64,000 nucleotides of DNA. Source: the human T2T-CHM13v2.0 reference genome, Homo sapiens. A program made the position numbers and the translations under genes. A model generated the notes under the pieces. The model was not told the DNA's origin. It saw only the letters and a list, made by a program, of their open reading frames with translations, and ran no database searches. The stretch lies in assembly GCF_009914755.1 (NCBI RefSeq), contig NC_060927.1; one strand, given 5' to 3'. Numbering within the stretch: the stretch's first letter is position 1; every line of letters begins with the position of its first letter. Positions 48,276 through 64,000 of this stretch are shown here, piece after piece.

Positions 48276-48543
48276 ATGGATAGAAGTAGAAACAAAACTT
48301 GGAAAAAAAACAGGCACCAGGTCTAGGAGAGTTGGCGCTAATGAGAAGCCTAGACACTTAAAAACTTCACTGGCTTCATGGCAAATCTATTCCTGATTGA
48401 AAAGGCAGTAGACCGAGAGAAAATTAATCACAATAGAGATATGAAACCATTTTAAGACCCACGAGTGAACGGGTACGTTTCTGGGATTACCTTTTTTGAT
48501 CACAAGGAAGGCTGCCAATGTAAAATAAACATAAGCTACTTAC

Positions 48544-48682
48544 CCACATAAATAGGTTGGCTCCACTCACTCCAGAGCCCTGCCTCTCTGCACATGGAGC
48601 TCACTGCTGCTCTCACTTGAACATCGTACTTAGAAAGATCATCAATTATTGAGATGAATGCATTGGTCATCAATTTTTCTAT
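48544..48682 (-). CDS. IL5RA: IL5RA coding exon 7 with WSXWS motif (IEKLMTNAF…GLWSEWSQPIYV)
   Basis: cttag|ATA GAA…GTG G|gtaagtag; 139 nt. Read-through gives GGT AAG TAG (stop 48538-48536), a 333-aa soluble form. Confidence 0.96.
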
Positions 48683-50427
48683 CTAAGTGGGGAAAGATAG
48701 CATTAGAAGAATCTCTAGACACCTAATTTAGTTCTGCCGATTATCAGAATGGGAGGTCCTATATAGGTCATGTGACTCACTGTTCAGCAAGTCCTTTAAA
48801 ATCAACAGGGCACACATTAATTCGTTTATGCTAGGTGCTTTAGTGTGGATGTGTTGGCAGTCACCCTTCAGTGGAACGCTATCTTGTAACCAAAATATAC
48901 GAAATGATCAACGGTCAAGATCCAGGTGTTCCTATCCAGGCCCAGCTGATGTTTCCAGACTGAAAGACTGGAGTGGCCTATGCTAGAATGCATTATTCCC
49001 TCACCTTGTCTCTCCATAATCTATAGTCACATTACTAAATAATGTCACATGAACGCTAGATTGTCTAGTGTTGAAATGAAGCTATTTTCTCATGAATGAG
49101 CCCTTCTTCTTTTTCCTTCTACTGATCATGGTCGCCACCATCCAGCTAGTCCCCTGTACCAGAGATGTGCTCCTGACACCTGTATCTTGAATACCCCCGG
49201 AGGTGTTTCTCCCTTTTTTACTCCAGCCCTGTGACCATTGCCTATTTTAGCTCTTATTATCTTTTGCTTGGACCTTTGCAGTAGCCGCTAACTGATATCA
49301 TATGTCCATGTCGCCCCTCCCCACTCACATCCAGTTTTCATGCTGCTACCAAAAATCTTCTTTTACTCTGCAAATGTAGACATATTTCTCTATTGTGTAA
49401 AACTCTTCAGTGGCATCCATTGCCCAGAGTCATGGTTTTTAAAAAAGAAGCCACTTCTTTATTTTTTAGCAAAATCTTATAGAGCCACTCTGGGAGAAAT
49501 CACAATGTCAGATACAGAGTCATGATTTCAGCATTGGTCTTATGTCCAGGCATCCAGGCAGACTGAATTACTTGCCACTTGACTGAAAGAACCATACTCT
49601 CTCAAGCATAAAGTTACTCCTTTTCCTAGGCTGGTGCAAGTCAGGAACTATTTATTACTGGCTTGTGATGGGCTAAATACAGATAAAATTATGACTGCAA
49701 TTTGGAAGTTTTGATAGCAATTTGACATTGCCATGATATCCAAACACATGATCAGTGAACTGACACTTTACATGTCTTTGGCTATATTTAATTTTTTCTA
49801 GCAAATCATTTTTATTGTATTTGACAAAAGCACCAATCTATGGTAGATTAGACATTATAAAAACACACGCACACACACGTGCACACACAGTCCTTCAGTG
49901 TAAGTATTTTGGGAAGCTCTGGCTAAGAAAGTCCTTCTCATGTTTTCTCACCAGACTAGTTTCTCTTCATCCTTACAGATTCCGTTCAATTCCTCTCTGC
50001 AGAGCAGGCTCTGTGCCCACACCCCCATCTCTAGCTGTACTGGCTTTTCCTGTGGGAGGGCAACCCCAAGGCTGGGCAAGTATGTCACAAGATTGGGTCA
50101 CTCCATGGCAGAAACAGTCTTATTTCTCACAAAGAAGCCAATTTGTAAATATTTGTTGAATCTAATTGAATTGGCTTTGTCTACTCTCTGTAAGACATAA
50201 GTTGGAATCCTATTTTTTTTCCTAGCTTTGTGACTGTGGGAGAGTTACTTCATCTCTTTTGCCTCACTTTCCTATAAAATGGGAATGGTAATTACATCAT
50301 AGAATTATGTGAGGATGGAATAAACACATAATAAAGCTTGACACATAATTGATGCTCAAGAAATGTTGATTGGCTTTCTTCTCAGTTCCTTTCCCCTTGA
50401 AATTTTTGTCTATTAGTGCTAATGAGT

Positions 50428-51353
<926 letters not shown>

Positions 51354-51618
51354 TAGATTTTAACCAGCACTAGTACCAATGAGTCTGTATCTAATCCTTT
51401 GTATTAGTTTCAACCAAAAGTATGTTCTTTCAAAACAAAAGGCCAGTAAGATTTGGTTTATATCTATTTGGTTATATCTATAATACCTGGGTAGATTAAG
51501 TTAACTTTGACCTTGTTAGTACCAAGCTGTAACTTGGTTGCAGTCACTGAAGATAATTTTTTAAATGTTTCTAAAACAAATGTCTGTTATCAAATATTGG
51601 AATAATCTGAGTAATTAC

Positions 51619-51764
51619 CTGCAAATATCCATTCCTTGTATTGTGTATTTTTACTTCATAATCAAAGCAATGGATTGGAAAAGCAGACACTGGTTTCTCC
51701 CATTGGATAGAGAGACGAGTTCCTTCAATCTCTGCTGTGACATTCAGTGGAGGATTTATTTGAT
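51619..51764 (-). CDS. IL5RA: IL5RA coding exon 6 (DQINPPLNVT…NGYLQ)
   Basis: cttag|AT CAA…TTG CAG|gtaatt; 146 nt. Confidence 0.95.
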
Positions 51765-52317
51765 CTAAGTTAGGGAACGAAAGATCAGTGATTTTTTTTT
51801 TTAGAATCAGTGATCAAAGCTGATAATTCCAATCCACCCACACTTCTCAAGGCATTTCTAAGATACGCTTTTTTCAAATATTTACCATCAGGTCTTAATC
51901 AACTGATCTCCAAGCCACAGGAAGCCGGTGGCCTCCCATAATACTCTTGTCTTATAGTGCTGAAGAAGAAGAGACCCTTTCTGGAAACTACAAGGATTAC
52001 TACTCCAAATAGAGTTGAATGCTTGAATTACTTCCCCCCCTCAGCTCATTGCAAGACTCACCCACCATCCCCCTTTACTACTCAAGTTGTACCAGGCCCA
52101 GAATAAACCTGACCACTGAGAGAACATTTCCCTGGACCTTCCACCAAGCCTTGCCTCTTCCCAGTAGGTATGTGGCCCTGAACAAATCACTTCCCCTTTC
52201 TGAGATTCAGTTTTTAATTTTAATTTCATTTTGTTTACTGCGTCTTTTGGTTTTTGTTTGTTTGGGGGCTGGAGCAGGAAGCTTCAGTTTTCTTTTGCAT
52301 CAAAAAGAATGGATTGG

Positions 52318-52640
52318 GGCAGGGCGTGGGGGCTCACGCCTGTAATCCCAGCACTTTGGGAGGCCGAGGCGGGTGGATCACGAGGTCAGGAGATCGAAAC
52401 CATCCTGGCTAACGTGGTGAAACCCCCTCTCTACTAAAAATACAAAAAATTAGCTGAGCGTGGTGGTGGGCGCCTGTAGTCCCAGCTACTCAGGAGGCTG
52501 AGGCAGGAGAATGGCATGGCGTGAACCCAGCAGGCGGAGCTTGCAGTGAGCCGAGATCGCGCCACTGCACTCCAACCTGGGTGACAGAGCAAGAAATCTG
52601 TCTCAAAAAAAAAAAAAGAAGAAGAAGAAGAAGAAGAAGA
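52318..52640 (+). mobile_element. AluY with (GAA)7 tail
   Basis: catcctggctaac…ggcgtgaaccc…gcggagcttgcagtg; TSD ~aaga(a/g)tggattggg. Confidence 0.93.
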
Positions 52641-53169
52641 GTGGATTGGGCTAAATTTGTCTTTACTTAGGACTCTAATGTCCTTTCCCTTGAGATCTCA
52701 CTTGATTGTCTTATGGTCCGGTGAGGTGAGGGGAAATGAATTCTTAATGAGTGTCCTTGTCTTAGGTAATATGACTTAGATCTCACAATTAATAGGGAAA
52801 AGCTAGGAGTGGGATCCACTGGCTTCAGAGCCTCCTATACCCTATGAAGAAAATTCTTAACCAAGAAAGTACTTATTTATTTTAGTAATCCTAGGAATCA
52901 GCCTCAATAAAATGAAAATCATAAAAGAAAAATGAATTCCTGTGGTCTGTACTAGATCATATCCATTTTCATATTAATATCATTGTTTCCTAGGTCTTCC
53001 TCGGCATCTTTTATTGCCTATTTTCATGAAAGTGACATTTTTAGTTCACCTAAGAAATATACTACTGGAGAGAATTGCATAACCTCTTTAGTAAGGGCTA
53101 TGATTCTTTACACAAAGTTATATTCCATTGGATATAGATATGTCACAGCCAAATCATACCTTCTAAATA

Positions 53170-53400
53170 ATATTGTAGTGTATTTATTAAACCTTTATGC
53201 CAGGCACTGTTCTAAGTGCTTTATCATTAGTAACACAATTCTCACGAAGACTGCACAGGAAGTATTGATTCCTCTCCATTGTTTCAGATAAGAAGATTAG
53301 GCACAAAGGAATGATCAGCTTGTCCAAGGTCACTCAGCCAGTGGTGGAGCCAGGATCCAAATCCAGGCAGTCTGGCCCCACAGCCCATAATAACCACCCA
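53170..53400 (-). mobile_element. MIR
   Basis: tatgccaggcactgttctaagtgcttt…cttgtccaaggtcact…aatccaggcagtctggc. Confidence 0.75.
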
Positions 53401-53837
53401 CCATTGAAATCTGGAATCTCCATAACTAAGAATGCCATGTGAGAGCGCCTGATGAGTTTCACTAATAGAACTATCTGGGATGAGGGAGAGTGTCTTCTCT
53501 ATTGAGAACTGAGCAGACAAAACCACGAATAGAATTTTTAGAGCTGAGAATTGCACACTGAGAGATATTCGAGCTGCAGAACATCCAGGAGATGGGCCAG
53601 AACAGTGAGAAATTCAGAGAGAGAGAGATGTTAGCCTGGGAGAAGAAGGGCTTCTGGATGGGAAACGTGCTGCCTGTGAACAGCTAAGAGAGGCTATTCT
53701 ACAGGGAAGGGACTCAAATCACCTGGGGTGGCACTAGTCCATCACAGGACCCAGGGGCAGAAATTTCACAAAACCTGTCAGAACTCATGAAGGATTAAAT
53801 GGTCTCTTTTAAGCAGCTAAATTCACTTTTTCTGGTG

Positions 53838-54062
53838 CAGTGATTCTCAACTGGGGGAAATTTTACCCCTTGAGGGGCATTTGGCAAAGTCTGAGACTTT
53901 TTTAAAAGTCACAGCTCAAGGACAGAGGGGCATACTACTGGCATCTAGTGTGTAGAGGCCAGAGATGCCGCTAAATATCCTACAGTGCCCAGCACAGCCC
54001 TCCATAACACAGAGTTGTCCAGCAAAAATCACTGGTGGTGTTGGAATGGAGAACCTTGCCCC
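53838..54062 (+). mobile_element. MER20
   Basis: cagtgattctcaactggggg…tactggcatctagtgtgtagaggccagagatgccgctaaa. Confidence 0.8.
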
Positions 54063-54198
54063 AGTGGTTTTCAAACATGGGTCTGATGCTTACTTGGCAT
54101 CAGAGAAGCAGTAAAACTAGGTGATCTTTATAACCCTTCCTTCCAGTGCTGAGATTCCGAGATTCAGTTATTTCAGCTTTGGGTTAAGTCGGTCTTAC

Positions 54199-54386
54199 CA
54201 ATGGCGTGAAGGGCAAACAGCTGATCAAAGGGCCTGATAGCAGAGTGCTTGCTGGAGCCGTTAACAAGCACCGCAAGCCAGTCACGCCCTTTGCTGAGGA
54301 TAAAAGTCCTGGGAAACCAGCATGCGATATTTCTCCCCAGTGTGTCTTTGCTGTATTCTTGGCATTCTTCAGTCCAAGAGCCATAC
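54199..54386 (-). CDS. IL5RA: IL5RA coding exon 5 (YGSWTEECQEY…LFALHAI)
   Basis: tttag|G TAT…ATT G|gtaaga; 188 nt; track ORF 54173..54400; preceded by a 79-nt intron. Confidence 0.96.
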
Positions 54387-54465
54387 CTAAATTGGAACAT
54401 TTACGAGTGTTATGAGGTTGCAGGAAACAACCATTTGCCTAAGTAAAAATAGGTACAGTACTAAC

Positions 54466-54619
54466 CTATAGTAGAGAAAATACTGCGTGTCCTCAGGGGC
54501 ATCTGTGCCAACAAGCCAGGTGCAGTGAAGGGAAACTTGGTATGACCTTAAACGTGAATAATTGTCTTCTGTAGTGTTTGTGGTGCAAGTTAAATTCACA
54601 ATTGAGGTTCCAGGAGACC
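54466..54619 (-). CDS. IL5RA: IL5RA coding exon 4 (GSPGTSIVNLTC…CTW…YFLYY), cytokine-receptor Cys motif
   Basis: cctag|GG TCT…TAT AG|gttagt; 154 nt; lies within track ORF 54387..54662. Confidence 0.96.
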
Positions 54620-54698
54620 CTAGGTAGTCAAAAGTAAAAAGGACAAAACATTGCCATGGCAAACTCTGAATTTCATGCTTCTTTTGGAACTATAGTGA

Positions 54699-55033
<335 letters not shown>

Positions 55034-55543
55034 ATGATCACATATTTCTAGAAACCTACTAACTACAAAAGGCCAACTTACTGGAGATATGGAATTAGAA
55101 TTATAAAGTCCCCATTTCTGATATTCGAGAGCTTCCCAGCTATTTTGTTTGGGGCCTGGGGGTGGTGTTTGTGCAATACATGTGTGGAAGTTCAAGAGAA
55201 GTACAATATATTGTCATTTTGAGGTTGATGTCCGGCAACTTTGGTGCTCTAATGCCACATTTGTTAATAACTAGCTGTGAGACATTGACCCCCACTCTTC
55301 TGGGCTCTGTGTTTTCAACTGTAAAGGAGCGGGTTGGTACAGGAAGGTCTTGCGTATCCCTTTCCATCCTAGAATTGTGTGATTCATTAGGTTGTATCCA
55401 AATTCTTCATGAATTACATAGGTTGCTGCTCAGAAGAAATGAGTTTTGACAACACTGCAAGATTGCAGACTTTGCAGACTTGATGCACATTAGCATGTTA
55501 AAGTCCTCTTTAATATACTAGGACTTGAAGAAAACCTTGAATT

Positions 55544-56314
<771 letters not shown>

Positions 56315-56758
56315 TAAATGCAACCTTTTTATGTTTGCTTCATTAAGGATTTCTCAAATTATGTGACTAGAAAGGCTTGTTTTCATTTCAACCTCTCGTT
56401 GCTGTATTAACTGTTGGTCTTTAAAATACACTGTGGGAAACACTGGCCTTGTTGGTGGTTGCTCAGAGAAGGAAACAAGCTCTTGCACCTGGGCCAGGAA
56501 GGACCGCATTCAAGTGGGAGCCTTGAGAGATAGAAGGGGGTCTTTTGATCGTAGCTTAAGTGAGCTGTAGATCATTTTTATCACTGTCAGCCAGTGTCTT
56601 TCAAGAAGCAGAGGGAGAAGATGATGAGAGAGAGCCTCTTATTACCTGTAGAGAAGTTAAAGATGGATTTCTTCTTCATATCTGTGCTTTTGCACAGACA
56701 AAAAGAAGAACTACCTCAAAGCAAATTGACTTATTCAGTTCATGTATATATGCATATA

Positions 56759-56813
56759 TTAGGTTGATGTAAAAGTAATTGTGATTTTGGTCATTACTTT
56801 TGCACCAACCTAA
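56759..56813. mobile_element. MADE1 (Hsmar1-derived MITE), internally deleted
   Basis: ttaggttgatgtaaaagtaat…attacttttgcaccaacctaa inverted repeats flanked by TA. Confidence 0.9.
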
Positions 56814-57129
56814 TATATATTTGTCCATGCATTAAATGACCAGAAAGTCCACACCCAAGTACACTTTAGAGATCCTGACAACTCTTTGTCTTATAGTTCT
56901 CATCCAAAGAATCATTTAAGTGAATTCCACTTGGTTCAAAACAGAAATAATTTTTATTAGTGTCATCCTGTATCAGAGTGTTCAGAGGATAATTAGAATT
57001 GTAGAAATGTAAGCTGCAAAGTGCCTCATAGGTAAAATCCAGTTGTTCATTATAGAAAGGAGGAATGGTGGTTTGACGTAAGCCACATACAATAACCCAT
57101 CTCTGTGTTCCTGTATCTACCTTGGATTA

Positions 57130-57552
<423 letters not shown>

Positions 57553-58019
57553 TTAAGTCACTGACACAATTCAGGAGGTATGGTCTCTTCAGCTGGTGAT
57601 ATGACAAAATAGTCGTTTGAAAATTACCCGTGAGCTCAACTGACCAAGACAATGGTTATTGGGTGCACCCACATGTCCCAGGACTTGGTAGCCTGCTTCT
57701 CCTCTTTTCTCTCCCCTGTTGTGTGTGCACTTAAGTGTTTGATCAGAAGTATTACTGACTCTAAGTATCAGAAACACCAACTTTCCACTGGAGGCCAATG
57801 CAGAGACTGTGGATATTTCTGCAAGAATGTGCCAGATGGAATTCAGTTGGTTATGATAAGAAGTGGCAGCAGCCTTGGTTAGGATGTTGTTGATATGGGA
57901 GAGTACTTGACAAGAACGGGTGACTGACTAAAGAAAAGTGGGTTAGTGTTAATTTTTCTACTTTTCCATATTTGCAAAGTCCAAAACATACAAACTGGAC
58001 TTTTGGAGGCCTGCTTTAC

Positions 58020-58158
58020 CTGGTGGGGCATGAAGTTCAGCAGAAGCCCAGCTGCTGGCCAGTAGTGAGTGGTCGTTCTGCAGGATGGTCCGCACACTTG
58101 CTGAAAAGCCTTTGTGGAGGATGGTTACACATTTGCTTTCAGTGATTCTGGTTTCATA
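58020..58158 (-). CDS. IL5RA: IL5RA coding exon 3 (YETRITESKC…ELHAPP)
   Basis: ttttag|TAT GAA…CCA G|gtaaag; 139 nt. Confidence 0.95.
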
Positions 58159-59002
58159 CTAAAAATAAAACCCACAAGTCATGATACATAAAAGAGAACT
58201 AGACTTAAGAGAGCTATTTTAATCAAATATGCATTTTCTTCTACTTTTTAAATGATTAGTAAGATGCAATGAAATAGTTTTGCTAGAAAAAAAGTCAAAA
58301 CAAAACCATTGTAATAACAACATAGTAATTTCTCAATGACACATGAACGCATTATTCTTGTAAATACAAGCGAAATATTACAGTTAAACTCAAGTTCCCT
58401 TTGAGCACCATCTCCCCAGAGGTCAATGTCGGACAGAAAATTCTCTAGAATTCCATATTGACTGAAAAATAGTGAATATGAATCACTTCTCCCTTTGTTT
58501 GACTTTATTGCACACCTAATATGTAGCAGGTGCCTGAATGTAGCCCCGAGGTAAAACTGAGGCTCTGAGAAGCTAAATGACTTGTCCCAGGTTGCAAAGG
58601 CAGGAAGTGGAAGAACTGGGTTTTGAACTTAGTTTCCCTGACTCTCCACTCTGCCTGCTCACTTCTTGTTTTACTAGGCTACTGTCTCCTGTTCTGTTGG
58701 TAATTTTATGGGAAACAGAAAACCAGTACCCAATCCATGGTGCCTAAAAAGTTACTAAACATTCTTCCTTAAGGGAAAGAATCATCCAAAAGTTAAAATA
58801 TTCTGTGATGCTGTTTAACGCTGAACAATACACCCGGCGCTAGCTCACAGGCATTCTTAGAGAGACACTATTCTACTGGTAACATAACAAAGAGCCTGTC
58901 AGTAATTTTATTTTTTTAATCCAAAATTTTATTTGATAAAGAAAATGCAGTCAAAATGCATATTTATTCTCAATAAGGATATCCATTAGAATAAACACTT
59001 AC

Positions 59003-59148
59003 GTCATCTTCTTTTGGAGCGTTTATTTTCACTTGATATTCTAGATTAACATTCCTTTGCTCTTGATCAGGATTTGGTTTCCATTGTAAAAGAACTTGAG
59101 CCAAACCAGTAACTTTAATGGTGAAATTGACAGGTGGGAGAAGTGAAA
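59003..59148 (-). CDS. IL5RA: IL5RA coding exon 2 (ISLLPPVNFTIK…NAPKEDD), domain D1
   Basis: cag|TT TCA…GAT GAC|gtaagt; 146 nt, phases consistent. Confidence 0.95.
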
Positions 59149-59324
59149 CTGTTGATTCAAAGGATAAAGAAACAACACAATGTTCAACTGGACATAGGCA
59201 GCACTTTTAAAACTTTTCGAATATTTATTGCCCTGCAGATGCTGTCCTGGACCTGCCAGCACCACAGACACAGTTGCTCCTGCGTGCCTGTAACACCGGG
59301 GCAAAGAGAAAGTGGCTATTTCTA

Positions 59325-59512
59325 CCCGAGTAGCTGGGACTACAGGCGCATGCCACCATGCTGGGCTAATGTGGGTTTTTTGGTATTTTTAATAGAGACA
59401 GGGTTTCACCATGTTGGCTAGGCTGGTCTTGAACTCCTAACTTCAAATGATCTGTCCGCCTCAGCCTCCCAAAGTGCTAGGATTACAGGCATGAGCCACC
59501 ACGCCTGTCCTA
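59325..59512 (-). mobile_element. Alu fragment
   Basis: cccgagtagctgggactacagg through left-arm start; tail half missing. Confidence 0.85.
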
Positions 59513-60309
59513 GAAGAGGTTTCTTCAAAACTGTTTTTAATATCTTTTTTACGTTGCCCATGTCCAGGTGTTTACCTATAATACCTATATTTTTATTGAA
59601 ATATGAACATGTTACTATATCACTATTCACTATAACCATAATTTTCAAACTGAGAGTCATTATCCATTAACAGGCAATAATAACAATGTATTGGTTTGTG
59701 ACCAGAATTTTTGTTTTAGTAATGTGGAAGAAAAATAGAATAGAAAATATCAGTGTGCATCAAACATAATAAGAGCTGTTTCATGAATCTCGTTTCCACT
59801 ACATAAAGGTAGTTATATATTTGTATGTGTGCTGGTACATAATGTAAAAATGTATTTACCTCTTATTATGAGTCACAGACAAAAATATTTGCAAGCAAAC
59901 TTACTTAAATAGGGCTTTACAGAAAGAAAAGGTTTCTTCCCCCTGCATGAGCCATTCTCTGACTTTGCTTTCAAAATTAAAGCTTTTGTTTAATTACAAA
60001 ATCAATATCTGTTTTTTGAAGAAATTTTGGAAAACACAGATAAGCAAAAAGAAGAAAATAAATTTTTTAAAATAATTGTACCACTAAGAATGGAATTAAC
60101 ATATGATATATTCGTTATGTTTTTTCTGGGCGTATATTTATGCAATTTTTAATTTTTTTTACCACAATTAGGACGGTATTGTACACACAACTACAAAACC
60201 TTCTTTTATTCATTTACTAAGTTATCAGGATTTATCCATTGACCTTAACGGACTTCCACACCTCTACATCCATGTTTACCACATGAGGACTTTTAGAGCT
60301 CTGTCTATA

Positions 60310-60810
<501 letters not shown>

Positions 60811-61229
60811 TGGGACCATGTGATGATTTTCCTTAAACTCTGTCATCACATCAAATACATAACATCAGCAGATTTCAGGACAAAATGCAGTGGAAGTTTC
60901 TTAACGTTTGGTCATGGGGCCTTCTAACTACTCCCTTGTGTGAGAAGACATTCCAAATGCGACCACTGGCGCCAGCTTTATTCCATGGTGCCCGGACACC
61001 CACACTTTGACTTTGATTTCCCACTGTAGCATAACATTTGCATTTCAGCCAACATTGCTTTCTTAAAATATGGCATGTTTAAAGCATCTGTCTTCTGATG
61101 GGGATAAATATTGTCTCATAAAAATCCATATATAATGTTCTAATCGACAGTTTAAGAGGAAATAATGTTATCCTTTTACTAACATATTTTTAAAAATAAA
61201 CATTATTGAATTGAATAGAAGGTCCTTAC

Positions 61230-61311
61230 TCTTTTCATCAGGAAGTAAGTCAGCTTGCAGTATCTCAGTGGCCCCCAAAAGGATGAGTAATACATGCGCC
61301 ACGATGATCAT
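61230..61311 (-). CDS. IL5RA: IL5RA coding exon 1, signal peptide (MIIVAHVLLILLGATEILQADLLPDEK); exon begins at 61314
   Basis: ctgtag|GAT ATG ATC ATC…AAG A|gtaagg; 82 coding nt. Confidence 0.95.
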
Positions 61312-61797
61312 ATCCTACAGAAAACAAGGGAGATACCAAAATCATCTTGTTGCTATTTTTAAGAAAAACTGATAGCTGCTTTCTAACATAAAATGCAGTC
61401 GTTTGGCCATTTAACAGACATTTATGGCATATTTGTTATGCGCAAAAAGTACAAACATGACCAAATGTTGGACTTTGCCCTTCCAATGTAGATTCATAGT
61501 TTGAAGGACAGAATGAAATATAAATTGATAAATGTAAACCAGTTGAAAAACTGCCTCAGTAAAGGTGTGTATGGGGTACAATAGGAGCAGAGACTTCTGA
61601 TTTGCCATCTAAAGGGTGAACTAGAGTCCTTGACGCACACAACAGGGAAGAGACATGCCTGGTGGAACCCAAGGTATGTGCAAAGCTGGAAGAGAAGGAA
61701 ACAAATAGGAAGGGATTGCTTTTCGACAAGAAACCAGAGCAGATCTTTGAATAGCAGAATTTCTAGCATAGTCAGCAAAAGAAATAAACAACATTAC

Positions 61798-61866
61798 CTT
61801 TTTCACTATGAGGATTTAAAGATGAGTGAACATGACAGGAAACTTCAATCTAAAACAATCTGTAGC
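61798..61866 (-). other. IL5RA: IL5RA 5'UTR exon (69 nt, probably a cassette)
   Basis: Minus strand tttctcttag|GCTACAG…TGAAAAAG|gtaatg. It resembles the IL5RA leader as I recall it; cassette status comes from recollection, not from the sequence. Confidence 0.7.
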
Positions 61867-63716
61867 CTAAGAGAAACTTTGTATCACCAATCCAGAATCA
61901 ACTTGTGGTACTTTGAAGAGTGTTTTTTTTTGTTTGTTTGTTGATTTGTTTTGTTCCCCCCCCCCCACCCCGCAAAGGGAGCGGATCACAAAAGAATTGA
62001 AAAACACAGTGATAGACCTGGGGAAAATAAAGACAGTATTTCTATGTCCTTGAAACAATTGGGCAATGAGAAGGAATCTAGAGCTGGAAATGTGATAACC
62101 CAGTGTGAACACACACAAAAGTCTCGGCATCCTGTTCTACATGTCAAAGAGGAGAGTCGGTGATCTCTTTCTGGGAACTGTAGATGAGAAGTCTTGAGTT
62201 TTTCTTCTGCACATTTTGAAAGGCATATTTCATAAGAACTTAACTTTCAAGGGCAAATAACACGCATGGCTTCCCCCTGTGTTGTCCTCACTTTTACAAA
62301 GGAGTTCTTCCTACTCTCTTACCACGTGCTCCCCCCAGAGATTTGGTACCAGACACATGTGGCTGTTATACATGATGGAAATCCCTTCCATGGACGTTAT
62401 TCCTACCCATGAAGGAAAGGAGTCTGAAAGCTGAAATAATCTGCCAAAGATCAAACAGCTGTTAAGTAATGGAGCCTAGACCCAATCTCTGATCTTCCAA
62501 TGGCAAAACCTATGCTCTGTCAACTTTATGGTACTAATTACAATGATTTATAATTTCATTTAAAACATTTATTTAAGTGGCTTGGTATTTTCCAAATATA
62601 ATTCCAGTAGAACCACAGGAGAGACCTGGGCTAAATGAATACCTCCAGGAAATAGCACAGAACACTCTTAACTTCATTATTACTTCTTAAATTATTACTT
62701 AAGTTGCTACAATTACTGCTGAACTTACTAATGAAATTGGTAAAATGCCAAAACAGCAGGAAAGGATCGGCATATAAATCACTCAATTCCTTGTCAAATA
62801 AGCTTAAGTACTGTTAATCAGAAGTATGCCAGTTTTGATTTTAAAATCCTGTTTATTTTTCTCTGAGGATTTCACACCATGTAGAAATTAAAAAAAAAAT
62901 GAAACGATGACGATGACAACAAAAGCAGGTACTCTATAATTTTTTTAAAATTTTCAACAAGTGAGAATTTTAATGAATTAAGGGAAAACACTAGTAATCT
63001 ACTAAGCCTGAGAAGCAAAGATAAAAATTCCTTAAGAACAGCAACAAAGATAGCTTCCTCTTTAAGTTATGAAGGTGATTTCTTAAAATGTCAGCATTTC
63101 CTGAAACAATATTAAATATGCTCTGATTTTGCACTAATTTTCAATAATAGGAATTCTAGGTCAGAAAAAACTGCAAAATTAATATTTCTTTGTGACTTTC
63201 ACTGACTGGCAAAGTAAAACTATGTTATAAATGTACTTGTAAAAGCAATAAACATGTATTTATCCTTTGCAATTAAATTGTTGAAGTAAATGATAAAACT
63301 GTTGAATATCTCAGTGGAGAGATAATTGACTATTTTATATGAGCAAGCACTCTCCCCTAGAATTTGTCATGTATTCTGATTTTATAGCTGCTAAAAATAG
63401 AATTGTTTTTCAAATTTAATCATTCAAAAAATTTTTGATTATTAGTTTTTGGCCATAAATAAATAGACAGCTTTTTCATGTCTCATTGTCATATTTAAAA
63501 AGAGGTGCTTTTGAACAAAATCAGTTGTCCTATAGGCAGCACAAGGTACTCAGTAGGGGTCTAAATATTAAAAAGAATGACATTTTTTTTTTTTTTGTGA
63601 GTCAGATAAATTTTACATAAGGTTGAATAGTACTAGAGCTTCAGGATTTGATACCATGTTTTCTACAATTCTGCTCACTCTCTGTGGCCCCTTAATACTT
63701 CTTGTCCCTGCTTAAA

Positions 63717-63744
63717 ACAACAACAACAACAACAACAACAACAA
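63717..63744. repeat. (CAA)n microsatellite
   Basis: Seen directly. Confidence 0.9.
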
Positions 63745-64000
63745 ATCTCTTCAGGCCATTTCTTTAATCCAAAGATACACTGTTATGTAGATGTCAACTG
63801 GGTCATATTTCACTATAAAAGAATAGAGCGACTTCATTAGCTTAAACATATATATCGACAATATGTTCGACTCATTCTTCTCATGGCTACCAATTAAAAT
63901 CTAGCAGAAAACCATTAAATTGTTAAAATAAGATGCAAACTAAGCAGAATGAAGCAACTATAGGTTGTTTATCTATCACCAGGAAGACATGCTCAATCTT

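Noticed and set aside
54387-54465. Coding retention of the 79-nt IL5RA intron
   Set aside because: Retention reads into a TAG at the acceptor, far upstream of later junctions, so NMD is predicted. Nothing suggests function.
61867-64000. IL5RA promoter or first exons
   Set aside because: No CpG island or convincing exon seen; they probably lie beyond the window edge.

Overview
Human (or near-identical great-ape) genomic DNA, recognisable from protein sequence as the 3p26 CNTN4/IL5RA locus. The + strand carries the 3' end of CNTN4 (contactin-4): the tail of one exon at 1-19, exon 10127-10295, and a terminal exon from 12444 encoding the GPI signal, with 3'UTR to ~14285. The - strand carries, convergently, the whole coding region of IL5RA (IL-5 receptor alpha). 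Its ten coding exons splice by hand to 1263 nt (420 aa plus stop). Also present are a soluble-form terminal exon (…GFSR*), an intron read-through stop (…GK*) and a 69-nt 5'UTR exon; the IL5RA promoter lies beyond the right edge. The rest is typical primate intron and intergenic DNA: ~30 Alu/FLAM copies, a 5'-intact but 3'-truncated L1PA, older L1/L2/MIR/MLT fragments, MER/MADE1 DNA-transposon relics and microsatellites. Most ORFs in the supplied track are Alu/L1 or chance ORFs. I found no convincing new gene or system. The best leads are regulatory hypotheses: a STAT5/BCL6 motif duplicated by an L1 target-site duplication near the TM exon, inverted Alu pairs bracketing the alternatively used IL5RA exons, a uORF confined to a 5'UTR exon, a re-framed L1 ORF0, and a MADE1 hairpin. 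Repeat boundaries and subfamily calls were made by eye and are approximate.
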